This document shows positions 25,386-38,649 of a stretch of DNA of 64,000 bases, piece by piece. The notes under the pieces were generated by a model. That model did no database searches and had not been told where the DNA came from. It saw only the letters and a list, made by a program, of their open reading frames with translations. The stretch's first letter is position 1. Each line of letters starts with the position of its first letter. The DNA lies in contig OX597814.1 in the NCBI GenBank assembly GCA_951406725.2, forward strand, positions 13,578,001 through 13,642,000. Reading direction: 5' to 3'. Made by a program: the position numbers and the translations under genes. The DNA is from Octopus vulgaris. Taxonomy: Eukaryota.

Positions 25386-27185
25386 AACGAATATTAAGTG
25401 TAGTGGAAAACCTTCTAACTTCTAACAGATTAGCAGGTAAACAGAAATGCTGGTAGGAAATTAACTGGAAGTAGTAAAAGATAGTTAGCAATACTAGTTA
25501 TGAACACACCAAAAACAAAACGAAGTATTTTGAAAACTGAAATGAACTGAAAATCATTTAATAAAGACTTCAAGAGAGAAAGATAGCAGGAAATAAAGAA
25601 AGACCTTTGTGTGGAAGAATGATATACAAGAAGCACAATGTTACTAGATATATCATTTAAAATATAAACTATAGAATGGAAATACATGGAATAATGTAAA
25701 CATAATAATGATATTTTAAAAAGCCAATGCAATATTGTTAGGGAGAAAAGGAACAAGTTTATATAGTGCTTTATGCATGGAGTTCTTTTCAGTATAAGGT
25801 ATGGTTTTTCTTCAGTACAACAGCACCAAACTCCACATTCTTTAATTTGCTTTCATCTATATCAGGTAACATTTTAAATTAAGTGCTAATTCATTTCTGT
25901 ATTTCGCAATATTCCCTCTTTAAAAGTAAAGCATTAGACATCAACTCCAAATGTCCCTTTTTTTTTCTCCAGCATACTTCTTGGCATATATCTGTTTCGG
26001 AATATTTATATACTCATATTAACATGGCCTATACTCGAATACAGCATTATATTGTGTCCTACCTATCAATAAAATGACCTATTTAGTAATTTGTTCATAT
26101 AATTTATGTACTTAAATTTATCTCTCTCGGATATTTACTTCTCTCATGTTTAGACTTGATTGCATCCTGGTTTCAAAACCTGTAACTTTTCCAGGAATAA
26201 CACAACCACCAAATTGTTGTATAACATTCCTTTTTCCCTACATATTGTAACCTAGTAACTCTGTTATAATACATCACATTTCTTAACGACACAGTAATCA
26301 CAGATACATTCACAAGTTTCGCTTCCGAGCCGAGGGGATTCTCTAAAGTTTATTGAGAATATTTGACAAATACCCAATTCTTGGGTATTTTCAAAGTAAT
26401 AGTGTTGTTACCATATGTCAGAAGATTTAGTGATTAAAACCAAGCGAAAAAGGGTAGATTGTAACCCCTATGAAATTGCTCATCCTCTATATTTGAATAG
26501 CGCATAGCATCTATAACGCAATTATTTGAAATAGTTTTCAGTTTTCGACAGCTTCCTTTTTTTTATTTTCTATTACTAAACTACTCTGGTAAACGTCTGA
26601 TGAAAAGTTTGTGGCGATACAGTACTTTTAGAATTTTTAAAATTCTTTTTTTTTTATTTCCATATGAACCCAACCTACGTTTTCAAAGTCACGTCAATTT
26701 TTGGAAATTTAGCACTGTATGATGTGAAGCGCTGAGGCTATAATTTCTAGCTGATTGACTCACTGCACAGCATCAGATCAATCATTTACAAATATCAGTG
26801 TATGATAACAACATAAAGAAAAAAAATTGTCTCAGGCCTGATTGCCAATTGAAAGTATGTGCAACTTTAAGGGTTTTAGCTTCAGCATAACGATCTCAAA
26901 CTTTTGGGTGTTTCAGTCTTTCAAAAGAAAGAAAAGAAAGAATGATATATTCAATTTCAATTAATGCTTCCAAATAAACGTATAATTGAAGAACAATTGA
27001 TCATGAATTGAAAACCGAGATTGGTAGGAGATTTAATTTTTTGTCTAAATAACACTTATTTCGTACAATGGACTATATTCCTTTCATAGTTTGAAAGAAA
27101 TAATTGCAGGGTACTTCACAAAAAGTAGTATGCATGTACATGTGTACATACATGCATGCATACATAAATATATATATATATATGT

Positions 27186-27247
<62 letters not shown>

Positions 27248-27281
27248 ATGTATGCATGTATATATGCATGCAGAGACAGAA

Positions 27282-27312
<31 letters not shown>

Positions 27313-28579
27313 TATGATGAAATACTTCTTTCGAGATGCAAGAAACAATAATAATAAATGCGTAAATGACATGGAAATTTTCTTTGAATGGTGATCATTA
27401 AGAATATCTTCTGTATATCGACCATTAGACATGCAGTATGTTACCAAATTTAAAGTAAGCATGGCATAATTGTGTGGTCCTCATCAGCCTTATGATATAT
27501 ATATATATATATCGTTCTCAGATATGCACAGAAAATCAAAGTTATAAATGTATTCCTATAACATGAATTACTTTTAAAATGTAATTTCGCATATATTTTG
27601 GCACAACGTGAAATCTATCACATGTTTAAGGCTACATATTTTTGGACGAGTTGATTATAACTTGTGATTATGTTATCGACTCTTGAATGGGTGGAAGTGA
27701 AACTCCTTCTGAACTTGATTTGGACGAAGAACGTAGGTATAACTTAGAATATATCATTACAGTGTGTTTGCTAATTTACTGTCTTTGCTCAAAAGTAGTG
27801 AAACAGAGCGGATATCAAGTATTAAAATTATGTTTGCTACTGATACTTTTCTAAATTCAGAGGACGAGCAATTTGTAACAAATGGCAGTAACTCTTACTG
27901 GAATGTAATTTGGCTGCAACCATATCACTAGCAGGCTTATTGATATATTCAATCAATTTAACAGAATTCTATCAATTTAACAATTTCAGCGTTTCTTTTA
28001 GTATCACACTACCATTTCTGACACTTGAAAATACAAACACACACACATAGAATTCATAATTTAGAAGCCTGCCATAAATATATGAATTACTTTTCTTTAT
28101 ATTTTGTATATGCCAACTTTCTTTGATTAGCACAAAAATGTGTGTAAATACGTGTAACACCAACACTTCAGTAGAATTTTCTTATGTATTTTTAGTACGG
28201 GTAGTTACCATTGAATTTCATATATAAGGCTAAAAAAATAAATCTGTCCCTGAAATCGGTAACCACTGAATTCCCTAAACATATGCGGTAAAGTAATATA
28301 TGCATCGCTCGTTTTCACTATGGTATTAGTATAGGCTTATGTGGATACGTAATGCGTTGCGTATAAAATACGGTACCGTTGAAAGGATTTGTGTCCCGTG
28401 TTTTCTGATGTGGGCATATCTCAAGATTTCATATTCGGAATATAATGGGTATCATATAACGTTTCTGTAATCAATATTTGCCAGGCTTCATTTTACACAT
28501 ATAATCATGATCACATGATTTACAACTAAACAATGATAATAAATATCATTCGGTCTCTACTACATCCCTCTTCAATATA

Positions 28580-28798
28580 TAGTAATCCCTCGACTATCGC
28601 GGGTATTACGTTCCCAAATCTCCCGTAATAGGATAAAATCCGAGAAGTAAAAACAGCGTTGTACTGTTTTTAAAAATTATTTTTATCATCTGTATATATA
28701 TATTTTCTTATAAATGTAAAACAAAAGCACAGTAAATTCGACGTAACCCTAAATAATAAACCGGGATAGGTGAACCGCGATATGGTGAGGGATTATTG
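28580..28798. mobile_element. Tigger/pogo-like MITE
   Basis: Imperfect TIRs TAGTAATCCCTCGACTATCGCGG / CCGCGATATGGTGAGGGATTATTG with TA flanks. Confidence 0.65.
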
Positions 28799-29600
28799 TA
28801 CATTAAATAAAAATGAATAATGACACGATGAATTGTGTATTCCAGGGAGAATTTATTCGCTAAAGGATGATTATGTGACTTTTAATCTGGTATATCTATA
28901 TCTATATTTCTCTAATATATAAAATACAATATTAGGAAGTTGAATTGAGCGATAACAGAACAAGCGAAGTTTATGAAATAAAACCTAGTATCTTCATTGC
29001 ACAAGTACAAATTAAATATTCTTGATTCCATGCTGCATGACAACATTCATATCTGTTACTTGCTGCAATGGTGTCACATCCAAATAACATTTTGGACATT
29101 ATTTCCGAGAATATACATACGTCTCCAAATCTTAAAATCCTGTGATAAGAATTTAGTTCAGAATTATTTGTCAATTTCTAGAGGAAAATTGTGTATTTCT
29201 TATATTTGAGGAAGCAGATACATGTACCTTGTTAAAGTCGCCGTTCCACGTTTTATTTCCTTATTCACTTTCAGTATTGAGCACTATAAACTAACTTTTA
29301 AGTTAATCTCGATTAATTTCCTCGATGGAAGGCTTCAACTTTGATCTGTATAGATGCAGCTCTTCAACTGTGAACAGTAGAGCTATGGAATGAGGCTTGA
29401 TTATTCATTACACGTCAGTTACACATGAAATATCTCTGCTTATTAGTGCTCAAATAATCGAAATATGTTTAATATGCTATGATGACTAAAAGCTGAATTC
29501 ATCAAAAATACTACCTGTCACATTATTGTACCTTGAGTTTTTTTTCTGATATTCTCCCAATAGCTGATATATATTATCATAAGATATTGCGAAAAGGTAT

Positions 29601-29930
29601 CTGCGTATGCTGCACTGCACACAGCTCACGCCACCTTGCTTTCCCCGTTCGTCTACGCACCGTGGGACCGCCACGGGCTGGCCTGCGCCGGTTGCCCGGT
29701 GCTCCTCCGCGCGACCGTGCCCGATATCGAAAGAACGAACCGAAACTCGCGGTATCACCCACGTACACGTGGACGTACCCGCGACCGATGCCCGAAGGCT
29801 GTCACGAGATACAAGCGGTCGATACAGCGACGTGGATATCGTAAAAAACGAACCGAAGCTCGCGGTGTCGCCCACGTACACGTGGACGTAGCCGCGAAGT
29901 CGATACAGCGACGTGGTCCGACCCGTGGTT
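29601..29930. repeat. GC/CpG-rich island with a duplicated ~62-bp hairpin-forming unit
   Basis: Units at 29723-29784 and 29835-29897, each TCGCGG..CCACGTACACGTGG..CCGCGA. GTCGATACAGCGACGTGG also occurs twice. Confidence 0.75.
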
Positions 29931-30599
29931 CTAAAAATCGTTTTCAAGGATGATAAATGCAGGGAAATATTTATCAAATCCTACATCCTACATCCAATCT
30001 ATAGAACAAAGCTCTTGACTTAATTAAAATTTATATTGCATATTCCCGTTTTGTTGTTGATGATCTTCTTAAAAACTGTTATGCTGTTTTAGTCTTGTTG
30101 TTATCACTGTTCATGTCTCCTTCGCTCTCATACGACACGTATAGAGTAAAAACCTTATTTAGAATGTAAATCTTCCAATCCGCCACAACACTATGGGTGC
30201 TCACTTCACGTTCTCTTCTTCTCTCACTGATGTATTTTTTCCATGACTTAGGCTATAAATAAAACTGGAAGAGTAAAACAAATATCCCAAACAATGCAAA
30301 TCGTAAATGTACAATTCCCCTAACAAAAGATGTTACTTAAACGGAAAGCAACTCACCAGTATTTCGTTAAAGGGTAAAGACGTCAGTCAGTATTTAAACT
30401 TTCCAAAACTGAATTTAAGCATGGTTAAACCAGTTATCGTGCATGGCAACATCAACAGCATCACCAGCAGCAAAAACAACAGCAACAACAACAATAATGA
30501 TGATGATGACGATGATCATTATTATTATTGTTGTTGCTATTATTATTATTAGTATCATTATTATTGGTGCTGTTGTTGCATTTTAAAAGGATTGACATA

Positions 30600-31690
30600 A
30601 CTCTTCACAAAGGTTAACGATCAAGACGAAGAGAGCGATTGCAATAGATATTTTATTGGTTGAACAATATTTCGACAGTAACTCTGTCTTTGTCAAGTTC
30701 AAAATAAGAAATGATAAAAATTAAAAGATATAGACATTTAAATTTAATGATTGAACGAGAGCAACCAGCGTCCACACATTGATGGAATCAATTATCAGTC
30801 TTTATATTTCAATTTTATAAGAAGCGACAAGAAAAACATAGAAAAAACACAAAAAGAAGAAAGAAACAAAAAGAAGGGAAAAGTAGAATATTTACTCATA
30901 CAGTTTTGTATAAAATTGATGATATTCTCCTGTCATTATATTCATTTCTTCAGGACGTGATCTTAATAACCCGCAAACAACTTTCTCCTCGTGCATTCTG
31001 AGAAGTGAAAGTGAAGCAGATTCACAATTTTTTGTGAGAATATGCACTTTCAAGTCTTGTTTTCACAATTGCAGCCGTTTGAAACAAAATGTTCGGCAAG
31101 TTCTGTCGAACTATTTGTATTGTGTTTGACGTCGGATCTGTGCCCATTAAATGTTTTGTTTAATTGATCTGTTGTAAAACCAACATAAATCAAATTGTGT
31201 TTCGTGCATTCTGCCGCGTACATCAAACGGGAATCTCTACATGTCCCACCTTCTGTACAAACCATAACATTTCTGTTATGATTCCTGATGGAATTCTTTT
31301 GACTCCTGTTGTTGCACAATGAACAAGGCTTAACTATCTTGCAGTTGTTTTTCAAGGTACAGCGTGCAGATACTCCAATCTTCGTTTTCTTGGAGTCAGA
31401 AATAGAGGTCAATAATTCTCTTATATACGTATTCCGCCTAAAGGCTACAATAGGCGGCAGAGGAAATATCTGTTTGAGACGAGGATATTTTTCGCCACAT
31501 GCTGGCACCTTTCATGCAACACTTTTGAGATGCCAGTTAATCACTAAAGGGATTCTTTCATCTATTGTATTGTGTTTGCTAAAATTATGCGTGAAGGTCT
31601 GACTATCTATGCTAATTTTAGCTATTTCATTTGCTATTTACTTTAATCGTGATTCACTGTAACCGCGTTTGATATAATGATGTACAAATG
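30600..31690 (-). mobile_element. 5'-truncated Penelope-like element fragment (Zn-finger + GIY-YIG + 3' UTR)
   Basis: ORF 31050-31508 reads IFPLPPIVAFRRN..KPCSLC..TC..LMYAAECTKHNLIYVGFTTDQLNKTFNGHRSD..ELAEHF. Confidence 0.85.
30660..30702 (-). ncRNA. Minimal hammerhead ribozyme-like motif (U3-A8 variant)
   Basis: TTGAAC-TTGACAA-A-GACAG(AGTTA)CTGTC-GAAA-TATT-GTTCAA. Perfect 6-bp helix I, 5-bp helix II and palindromic AATATT, in the sense orientation of the PLE. Confidence 0.75.
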
Positions 31691-33093
31691 CATGTGGCGA
31701 AAAAATATCAACTTCTATTTTGAGTAAATAAGGTCTAGAGTCATTTCAGTGCCGTCCACTAGACGAGTTCTTAATCTATAACCACCCGATATAGGAAAAT
31801 TGCCAGCTCTTCCCGGCCAATTTACGGTAAAGAGGGAATCTTTACAAAGGTGTAGGTCGATAGAAGGACCCAATCTATTAGCGGCAAATGTTGTTTGACA
31901 TTACTCAACAAGCCAGAAATATTCGAGCAAAGTATGAACGCTTACGAGATTGTTTCCCCACTCTCCTTAATCCCCTATTGAACACGTTGCCAACCTGGTG
32001 GATGTCGGTGAGTGCCTAACGACATTCTAGATTCTGGCATCTTCTATCGATATACGATAAATTCAGTATAACAGCTCTGTCAAAGAGACGAGCTATGAGA
32101 AGAAAGTGTGCTTCTTAACTATTCACAAACGGGAAGCGTCTGAGAGGTCGCAACCTCAGTGCATGACTCCGAATCATTAGTAATTGAATATCAATCCTCT
32201 CATGCAGTATTATTTTGTTCGAATGAATCGGAACACGTCCACATCCATAGAAACTGCAAAGGCAAACGCTCGGTAATGACCGGAGAGTAGAAGAGTGTGG
32301 CCGAAATGCATGTGTTCGGAAACTCCTATATATCATTCAGTGTTAGCTTCCTCTCGCCCCATTTCGTAGTCAACGTTCCCGTTCTTGTCCACCAAACATT
32401 CATTAGTAATTTTGCTAGTTCATCCATGCAGCGTGACACGGAATTCTGGTAGGCAGGAAATATGTTTTATGATAGTCATACGCACACACATATAAAACAT
32501 AATCTTTCAGATGCTTGGATAATGTAAAAGAGTTGTCTCATAACTAGAAAGAGAAATTGTAGAAGACATACAACATTTCTGTAAGCAACAGGTTATTTTC
32601 TATCCCATGTATTCAACTCCAACATTCAAAGCATCTTACAAATAACACTGTCCATGTAAGTTCAGATGCCATTATTGTTTAACTGAAATTTGTTATTGAG
32701 ATTAAGGTATAATATATCTTATAAAATATCAGCAGCGTAGAAAGATGCAGTATTATTTCTCACTTGTGGCAGATAAGATATTCCGTTCCTAAGTAAATTA
32801 GAGACAAATTCCACACCACCACTATTCTTATTGCCTAAGTCACACACAAAGAACCGTATAATCGATTACTTAGACAATCGGGTCTAACAACATTGAACTA
32901 AAACGTGTCAGTTTACTTAAATGTGCAATTATATTAAACTCTTTAAATTTTGCAGGAAGGATAAACTGAATCTTCAATGAATCATTGCAAATTTGGCAAT
33001 AGCCTCTTAATTCCGAAATCACAAATGTAAACACGCAAACACGCAAACACGCACACGATACATACAGTATCACAGTAATATGTAATGCGTGTG

Positions 33094-33149
33094 TATCTAT
33101 CTATCTATCTATTTATATATCTATATATCTATCTATCTATCTATCAATC

Positions 33150-33229
<80 letters not shown>

Positions 33230-33281
33230 GATCGATCTATCTATCTATCTATCTATCGATCGATCGATCTATCTATCTATA

Positions 33282-33341
<60 letters not shown>

Positions 33342-33363
33342 GATCTATCTATCTATATATCTA
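33094..33363. repeat. (TCTA)n microsatellite, continuing at 34411-34532 after the LINE insertion
   Basis: Read directly from sequence. Confidence 0.95.
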
Positions 33364-34410
33364 AGTGACTTCAACACAACCAAAGCATTCTATAGGGGTT
33401 TAGTGGAGGGGAGGTACGACGACGAGCTCGGGGCGAACCTGGACGTCGACGAGGAGTACCTGACCCGCCTGTTCAGGACGACTTTCGGGCCAGGGCCCAT
33501 GGACAACTTCCAGAGATCCCTGGCCTGGCAGTGCTACCGAGAAGCGCTACCCGTTCGGGATAAGCTCTACAGACACGGCTCGAGAAACACGGGGCCGACC
33601 TGCCCGAGATGCGGTCAGAGCGACGAAACCGTTCTGCACGCACTCGTTCAGTGTCCAACAATTTCCGACCTGTGGGCTTATGTCGAACAACTGCTGTCAC
33701 GTGTGGGACGAGTCGGTTTATCAGCTGAGTCTATCGTCAATATTGTCACGCCTCCTTCCTTCAAACGGGAAGGAAGAGCTATTTTCATCATCCTTGTGGC
33801 TATGGCGAAAGAATGTATCTGGTGGACGCGTCTGAAAGGATTGGAGACAAACACTTTCCTCTCTGGTCAATCCCTCATCAACTTCTTCAAGTACCACTTG
33901 AAAAGGAAAGTGAGAGTAGAGAGGCAAGTTTTGTCTAGCGAATGTTTTAAAAAAAGATGGGTGAATGTAGCAAGAATGGCACGTATGAATGACGAAGCCA
34001 CCTTGAGCATAGTCCTATGAACCCAGAAATCGAAAACAGAGAGTTGCTTATTTGCAAAAAAAAAAAAAAAAGAAATATAAAATGTGACATCATTGACCGA
34101 GGTTACCGTGGTCTTTTCCGTAGGCTTTTCTTTGCACGGGTAAACCTCACCTGTCCTCCCCTTTACACTTCATATTGACATTTCTGTGATAACGATCCCT
34201 ATTGATCAATTTTTTCCTCCCCCCTTTTTTTTTAAACCCCCCTTTTTTTTGTCCTCTTTCTCTCCTTTTACGTTCCCTTTTGATCGAAACTCCCCCTTCC
34301 TTTTTTTTTTTTTTTTTTTTTTTTTTTTCTTTCTTAAACCTTCAAAAGAAAAGCTCTACCTTGTAATTTGTTCTATCTGTGTGCAGCCCTGTGTGGCTAA
34401 TAAAGAAACA
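33364..34410 (+). mobile_element. 5'-truncated L1/Tx1-clade LINE (ORF2 C-terminal zinc-binding region + 3' UTR)
   Basis: Uninterrupted frame to 34020 with WQCYREALPVRDKL..CPRCGQSDETVLHALVQC..IWWTR. AATAAA at ~34399. 14-bp TSD TATCTATATATCTA at 33350-33363 and 34411-34424. Confidence 0.88.
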
Positions 34411-34427
34411 TATCTATATATCTATCG

Positions 34428-34532
<105 letters not shown>

Positions 34533-37060
34533 CACATCAATCTACTATGCGATATGGTATATGTGTGTATACATATATGTATGTATTTATTTATCTATCT
34601 ACACACACACACACACTCTCTCTCTCTCTCTCTCTCACATACACACAGACACATATAATTAAAATAAAGAGCAGTAGGAAATGTGTGCTCAAAAAAGTCA
34701 TTAATTATGATTGACGGTTTTACAAACACCTACATTGCTAGAAATAAGAACTGCTGTTTATCCGGCGATTACCTTCTTGTCAGCATGTATGGGTTTGATT
34801 GCATGTATGCATGTATGTATGTATGTATGTATGTATGTATGTATGTATGTATGTATGTATGTATGTATATGTATGTATGTATGTATGTGTGTATGTATGT
34901 ATTTATGTATGTTTGTATGCATGCATGTATGAATGTATGTATTATGTATGTATGGGTGTATTGATGTATAATAAGAGAGGGATAATGCACACTATATACC
35001 TAGTTTCAATATATTCTGTTTGACAAGCCTATAGCCCAATATTCCAAGAAATGTTTCTCTAAAAGCAAGATAAAATTCATGAAATACTCGAAAATATCCT
35101 ATTAAGCTCTATGAACGAATTTACTTCTATTTATTTCAGGAACATGGAATATTCTTATAGAAACAACATTTAGAACCTTTGAATCGGATTTTTAACTGTG
35201 AGAACTGTTCCAAGTATATATAAATTAAATTCACAAGCGAAAACGCTCAAAAGAAAGAACATTTAAAGAAATCTATATGCCCAAGAACTCAATATATTGT
35301 TTTTGAGAAGATATGACTGATAACGAAAATATTTTGTATCAGTGAGAAAAATATGTTCGCCACTTCAATACACAAACACATTATAAAGACATACACGTTT
35401 ATAATCCATGCAGCATACCTCGACAACTCAAAAGACGAAAGAGATTTCGCCAATTTTTGCACATGAACTATGCAATAATTACATCGATTTGGAATTTAAG
35501 AGAGCAGAAATCAAAATGCATATTGATAACATTGATAACCAGATATTCTGTGGAATGAAAATAAATATCTACCAGCCAAAGCGAGAGGAGTTTATCAACT
35601 TGAACAGAAGAGAAAGAAGCAAAATCCGAAAGTAACAAAGTGAAAACCATTACATTGTATAAGAACTAAAACATATATTTAGCAAAATTCCAGGACATCA
35701 GTAAATATGTAAAATATATTGGAAATTCGCGAGAGAGCGGTAGATTAAATATGACAAGAAATTTACACAAGAAAATATTATGGCCATTCTTGTGAAATGA
35801 TGGTAAGAACTGAACACATGGTCTATCACATAATAGTCACATCCTTAAAACATTTTGCAAGGAGAACAGGTTTAACCTCGGCGGTGGGAAGGCCACAACC
35901 CGGCTAACTGGAAGACAGCAGAGAATTCCAGGTAGCGTCTCTTCCAGAATCCGACGGCTTCCCGGTAGCGTTGGATCGTGTCTGCGGGCATCCTGCGGCA
36001 AGAACGCGTAACACAAAGACGACCTGCCACCGGCCGTGTATAATGATTCACGATTACAAACGGGGCTATCCCTTGAAACCCCAATAAACTCACCCGTCAC
36101 GTTGTGAACTCAATTGGAGATGGCTTTATCCTGCCTGGGTGATTGCCACTACAAAAAGAAACAACAACTATCAAATATTACGTGATATGCATTTAATTAA
36201 TAACAAGTTGTATATATTTGAATAGATCACACTACAGTTATTTTATGTCTGCCAAAATTAGAATCCGTGATACTAAGGACACATTCCTAATTCAAATTTT
36301 CATAAATAGCTATTTGGCGTAGATGATGGATAAGGAAATGAACAGCAAATCACTGAAGGCAAGGAAAGTATTTCTATGCAGGTGCCTGTAGTGCTTTAAG
36401 GTTTATAGTCTTAACTTGAAGGATATTACGAAACTGAATGAATCTGGCAAATAAAATGTTGACATATTTATATACAGTATTATTTAACGTGTGCTGGTAG
36501 GAAAAAACTGGAAAGGACAAACGACAATGGTTTACTGCTTCATGTAATCTACGAGTAAAAGATAAAGCCATATAATCTACGATTAAAAGATAAAGCCATA
36601 TAATCTACTTTTTAAAAAAAAGACGATAAAAATAGAATATATAAGGCATCAAGAATAAAACAGCGGGGGTGGGGTGTAAATGTGACAAGGAAACGATATT
36701 CGGTTTCGAAATTTAAGTTACTCAAACTTATAACATATTGATTATGAATAGGCTGAAACTGTTTAGAGGATTGCTTCAAAGCTTGCATAATAGATATATA
36801 TGAAATATTTAGCAGGAGAAACCAATATAATCGTGGTTTTAACCCAAGAATCAAAGTGTGTTGCGAAAGTAGCAAGAAGATATAGATAATCGAAAGATAA
36901 TAACTTTACTGAATGTTTCCAACCAATGAAATGGCCCACGCAATATGTAAGTACATATGGACTAATTTTATTGCGTATATTAAGCTCTCTTCTTATGCTG
37001 CACGAAGGAAAGAGAGAGAGAGAGAGAGAAGGGACGGGGAGACTAAAGGATGAGCATGGT

Positions 37061-37102
<42 letters not shown>

Positions 37103-37126
37103 CATATATATACATATACATACATG

Positions 37127-37171
<45 letters not shown>

Positions 37172-37346
37172 GTTTACATATTTGTTGTGCAAGATTTTTT
37201 ATGTGAAGTCGTGTGTTGAAACAGATATTGTTATATTTCGGAATGGTCATATTGCCAGTTTAGCCAATAAAAACACACGCACTATATATTTGGTGTTATT
37301 TTGCTTCAGTGATATTTATTTTTTACATTAATCTTAATCTTATTTC

Positions 37347-37391
37347 GGCCAAAGTTCTTTCGTCACACTCCTGTGACCGCATCAGTGGTCC
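37347..37391 (-). ncRNA. Hammerhead-like motif (C3-G8 core, A9 replaced by C)
   Basis: GGACCA-CTGATGC-G-GTCAC(AGGAGT)GTGAC-GAAA-GAAC-TT-TGGCC. Confidence 0.5.
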
Positions 37392-37705
37392 TTTGTTTTC
37401 TTCTCACTCACTTGTGTCTCTCCTTACTAACCGTCAGCCATTTTGTATTTCTATTGTATGTCTTCATCTGCGCATGCTTATATCTCTATGTGCGTCTATG
37501 TTTATTTAGTGTGTGTGTGGGGGGATGCCTGTAATATTTGTATCTTCTGGTTATATACATTCTTGTAATTTGTATTTTGTTTTTGTTGTTGTTGCTTTTG
37601 TTCTAATTTTGTTCATGTGTTTACATCCACCCATTATTATCATTACATATGCTTGTATGTATGTATAACAACAATATTAGTAATAATAATAATAAATCTA
37701 ATTGA

Positions 37706-37764
<59 letters not shown>

Positions 37765-37765
37765 T

Positions 37766-37814
<49 letters not shown>

Positions 37815-37928
37815 TACACATATACACACACATATACACACATACATACACATATACATATATATAGTTATTCATTTCTATTTCTTTAATTATCTGTGTA
37901 TTTATTATGTTTGCAGGATCCACTATCG

Positions 37929-38407
37929 TCATATGTTGTGGTGTGCGCTATTGCTCCATTCTAGTTTTCTATTCAGGCTAGGTTTATTTTCTATTATATG
38001 TGTAGCTTCTGTAAGTTGTCTAATTGTTGCATATGTTCTATGTGTGGACAATATCTTAATCTCTATGTTATTGATTGATCCCCCGTGTTCTTGTTCAGCG
38101 TGTTGGTACAGAATCGATGAGCTTTTACCTTCCTTGAGTTGTCTCCAATGTTCATTCACCCGCTCACCAATGCTTCTTGCTGTTTCCCCTACGTATGTTA
38201 CTGTCTTGTTACTGCATCGTCCCTCTATACATCTTATACTATAGACCACATTTCTGGCTTTACAGTTTGTTTGTGGGCTAAATCTACATACAGTGCAATA
38301 GTTATCCGTACAGAGAGTTCTACTAAAAGGATAGCTTCTACCAATTATAGATCTGATAGGGTTGCCTGGCTTTTCAACAACCTTAATTCTTAGTTTAAGT
38401 TTATCTA
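37929..38407 (-). pseudogene. PLE GIY-YIG endonuclease fragment
   Basis: Part of ORF 37929-38531. The first ~41 aa of that ORF are just the inverted pLTR. Confidence 0.85.
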
Positions 38408-38448
38408 GGTTAGTAAGGAGAGACACAAGTAAGTGAGAAGAAAACAAA

Positions 38449-38493
38449 GGACCACTGATGCGGTCACAGGAATGTGACGAAAGAACTTTGGCC
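38449..38493 (+). ncRNA. Hammerhead-like motif, inverted pLTR copy
   Basis: GGACCA-CTGATGC-G-GTCAC(AGGAAT)GTGAC-GAAA-GAAC-TT-TGGCC. Confidence 0.5.
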
Positions 38494-38603
38494 GAAATAA
38501 GATTAAGATTAATGTAAAAAATAAATATCACTGAAGCAAAATAACACCAAATATATAGTGCGTGTGTTTTTATTGGCTAAACTGGCAATATGACCATTCC
38601 GAA

Positions 38604-38645
<42 letters not shown>

Positions 38646-38649
<4 letters not shown>

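Larger units (their letters stand above)
37171..38609 (-). mobile_element. 5'-truncated Penelope-like element with inverted pLTRs
   Basis: GIY-YIG C-terminus [44 protein letters not shown] ends at 37929. Inverted repeats at 37231-37432 and 38408-38609; (TA)n at both ends. Confidence 0.9.

Noticed and set aside
29486-29977. Overlapping 60-163 aa ORFs across the GC island
   Set aside because: Expected from stop-codon scarcity in GC-rich DNA; no recognisable domain.
33085-33363. N-terminal part of the 311-aa ORF 33085-34020
   Set aside because: It is (TCTA)n read in frame with the truncated LINE ORF2; a chance fusion.
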